Sequence record: MN794232.1 | Direction: 5' to 3' (one strand) | Length of the DNA: 64,000 nt | Shown: positions 63,224 to 64,000 of the stretch, piece by piece | How positions within the stretch are numbered: position 1 is the stretch's first letter | How the letters are laid out: each line of letters begins with the position of its first letter | Notes under the pieces: generated by a model | Seen by the model: only the letters and a program-made list of their open reading frames with translations | The model's database searches: none | Told to the model about the DNA's origin: nothing | Translations under genes and position numbers: made by a program

Positions 63224-63834
63224 AATACGACAAATTTCAAATCGACGGGTGCGCGTTTGTATTGATTGAAGACCTATTGCCAGAAGATTTAGTTGAAAAA
63301 CTCGACAAAGCAATGAAGAAAGAACTTGCATGGCAACACGACGACAACATTTTTAAGTTTTGTCATTACGTTAAAGACCGTTCTGCAACGCTTCAAGGTG
63401 ACATGTTCGAACTTGCCGATGACCAAGAGTTGACTGAACTTTCAAATCAACTTTTACAGCATGTTCTGAATTTCATCAAATCCGAGTTCAATCACGAGTT
63501 CACGATTGAAGAACTAAAGCCAATATTTTCACGTGAACGAATTCACCGATACAAGCCGCATTACTACGACAATGCAAAAGGTAACCTGCTGTATCATAAA
63601 GATGCATGGATGACTATTTTCTACATGCCAGATGCGTATGCAGATGAAGGCACTCATTTTTATGCAAATGAAGACCCAGAGCAGCTTGTGTACACGCTGA
63701 AGCACAAACGTGGTATGATCGCATTATTCAACGGTGACATTCTACACGCACCAGCTAAGATGTCAGAAACAGACACGAATCGAATTGTGTTGACTATGCA
63801 GTATCATACCCACATTCAAGACATAATCTCATAG
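63220..63834 (+). CDS. 2OG-Fe(II) oxygenase, paralogue 2
   Basis: IEDLLP, HKD, GTHF, RGMIALF...H, RIVLTMQY. Confidence 0.8.
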   Translation: MKYDKFQIDGCAFVLIEDLLPEDLVEKLDKAMKKELAWQHDDNIFKFCHYVKDRSATLQGDMFELADDQELTELSNQLLQHVLNFIKSEFNHEFTIEELKPIFSRERIHRYKPHYYDNAKGNLLYHKDAWMTIFYMPDAYADEGTHFYANEDPEQLVYTLKHKRGMIALFNGDILHAPAKMSETDTNRIVLTMQYHTHIQDIIS

Positions 63835-63841
63835 GTGATAC

Positions 63842-64000
63842 ATGAACAGCCACAGAGCAGAGATCATCCAATTGAAACGACGTGTTTCTAAGCTAGAAGA
63901 ATTGGTGAAAACTCTCATAAATCGTGACGTTACACCCCGTAACGTTTTCGATGAAGAAGACGAGCACATTTCATTACATCCCGTTGATGACACATTCGAT
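63842..64000 (+). CDS. Hypothetical protein, truncated by the window edge
   Basis: AGGTG RBS; open to the end of the window. Confidence 0.55.
   Translation, partial: MNSHRAEIIQLKRRVSKLEELVKTLINRDVTPRNVFDEEDEHISLHPVDDTFD

Noticed and set aside
32566-63331. Short - strand ORFs in the right half of the window
   Set aside because: Each lies antisense to well-supported + strand operons, with no RBS, late promoter or motif.
1-64000. tRNA, rRNA or CRISPR arrays
   Set aside because: No cloverleaf with T-loop and CCA, no rRNA-like stretch, and no repeat-spacer array. The repeats found lack unique spacers.

Overview
This is 64 kb of a large T4-like (Straboviridae) phage genome. Its gene set and order resemble the KVP40/nt-1 group of vibriophages (inference). 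Genes are densely packed and mostly on the + strand. Recognisable genes: dCMP deaminase; a 7-deazaguanine cluster (two-domain QueD, FolE, TGT/DpdA-like transglycosylase, QueF, QueC, stand-alone class II glutamine amidotransferase); gp31 co-chaperonin; an Endo VII homologue on the - strand; RNA ligase 2; rIIA/rIIB; Dda; NAD salvage genes (NatV, NadR, PnuC); thymidine kinase; DenV; two GIY-YIG endonucleases; a K+ channel-like protein; a CYTH protein and two tandem 2OG-Fe(II) oxygenases. About 100 small hypothetical genes lie between these, behind repeated sigma70-type early-promoter cassettes, many with the -35 box inside a hairpin. A few genes have T4-type late promoters, and several of these carry capsid-targeting-like N-termini. 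Non-obvious signals: a G/C skew inversion across a 400-bp gene-free gap at about 37.0-37.4 kb (candidate origin), a 6 x 9-bp TTAG array, a structured late leader RNA at about 26.3 kb, and an ORF interrupted by a -1 frameshift at 45.3 kb. No tRNA, rRNA or CRISPR array was seen. All family assignments come from motif recognition by eye; no database search was run.
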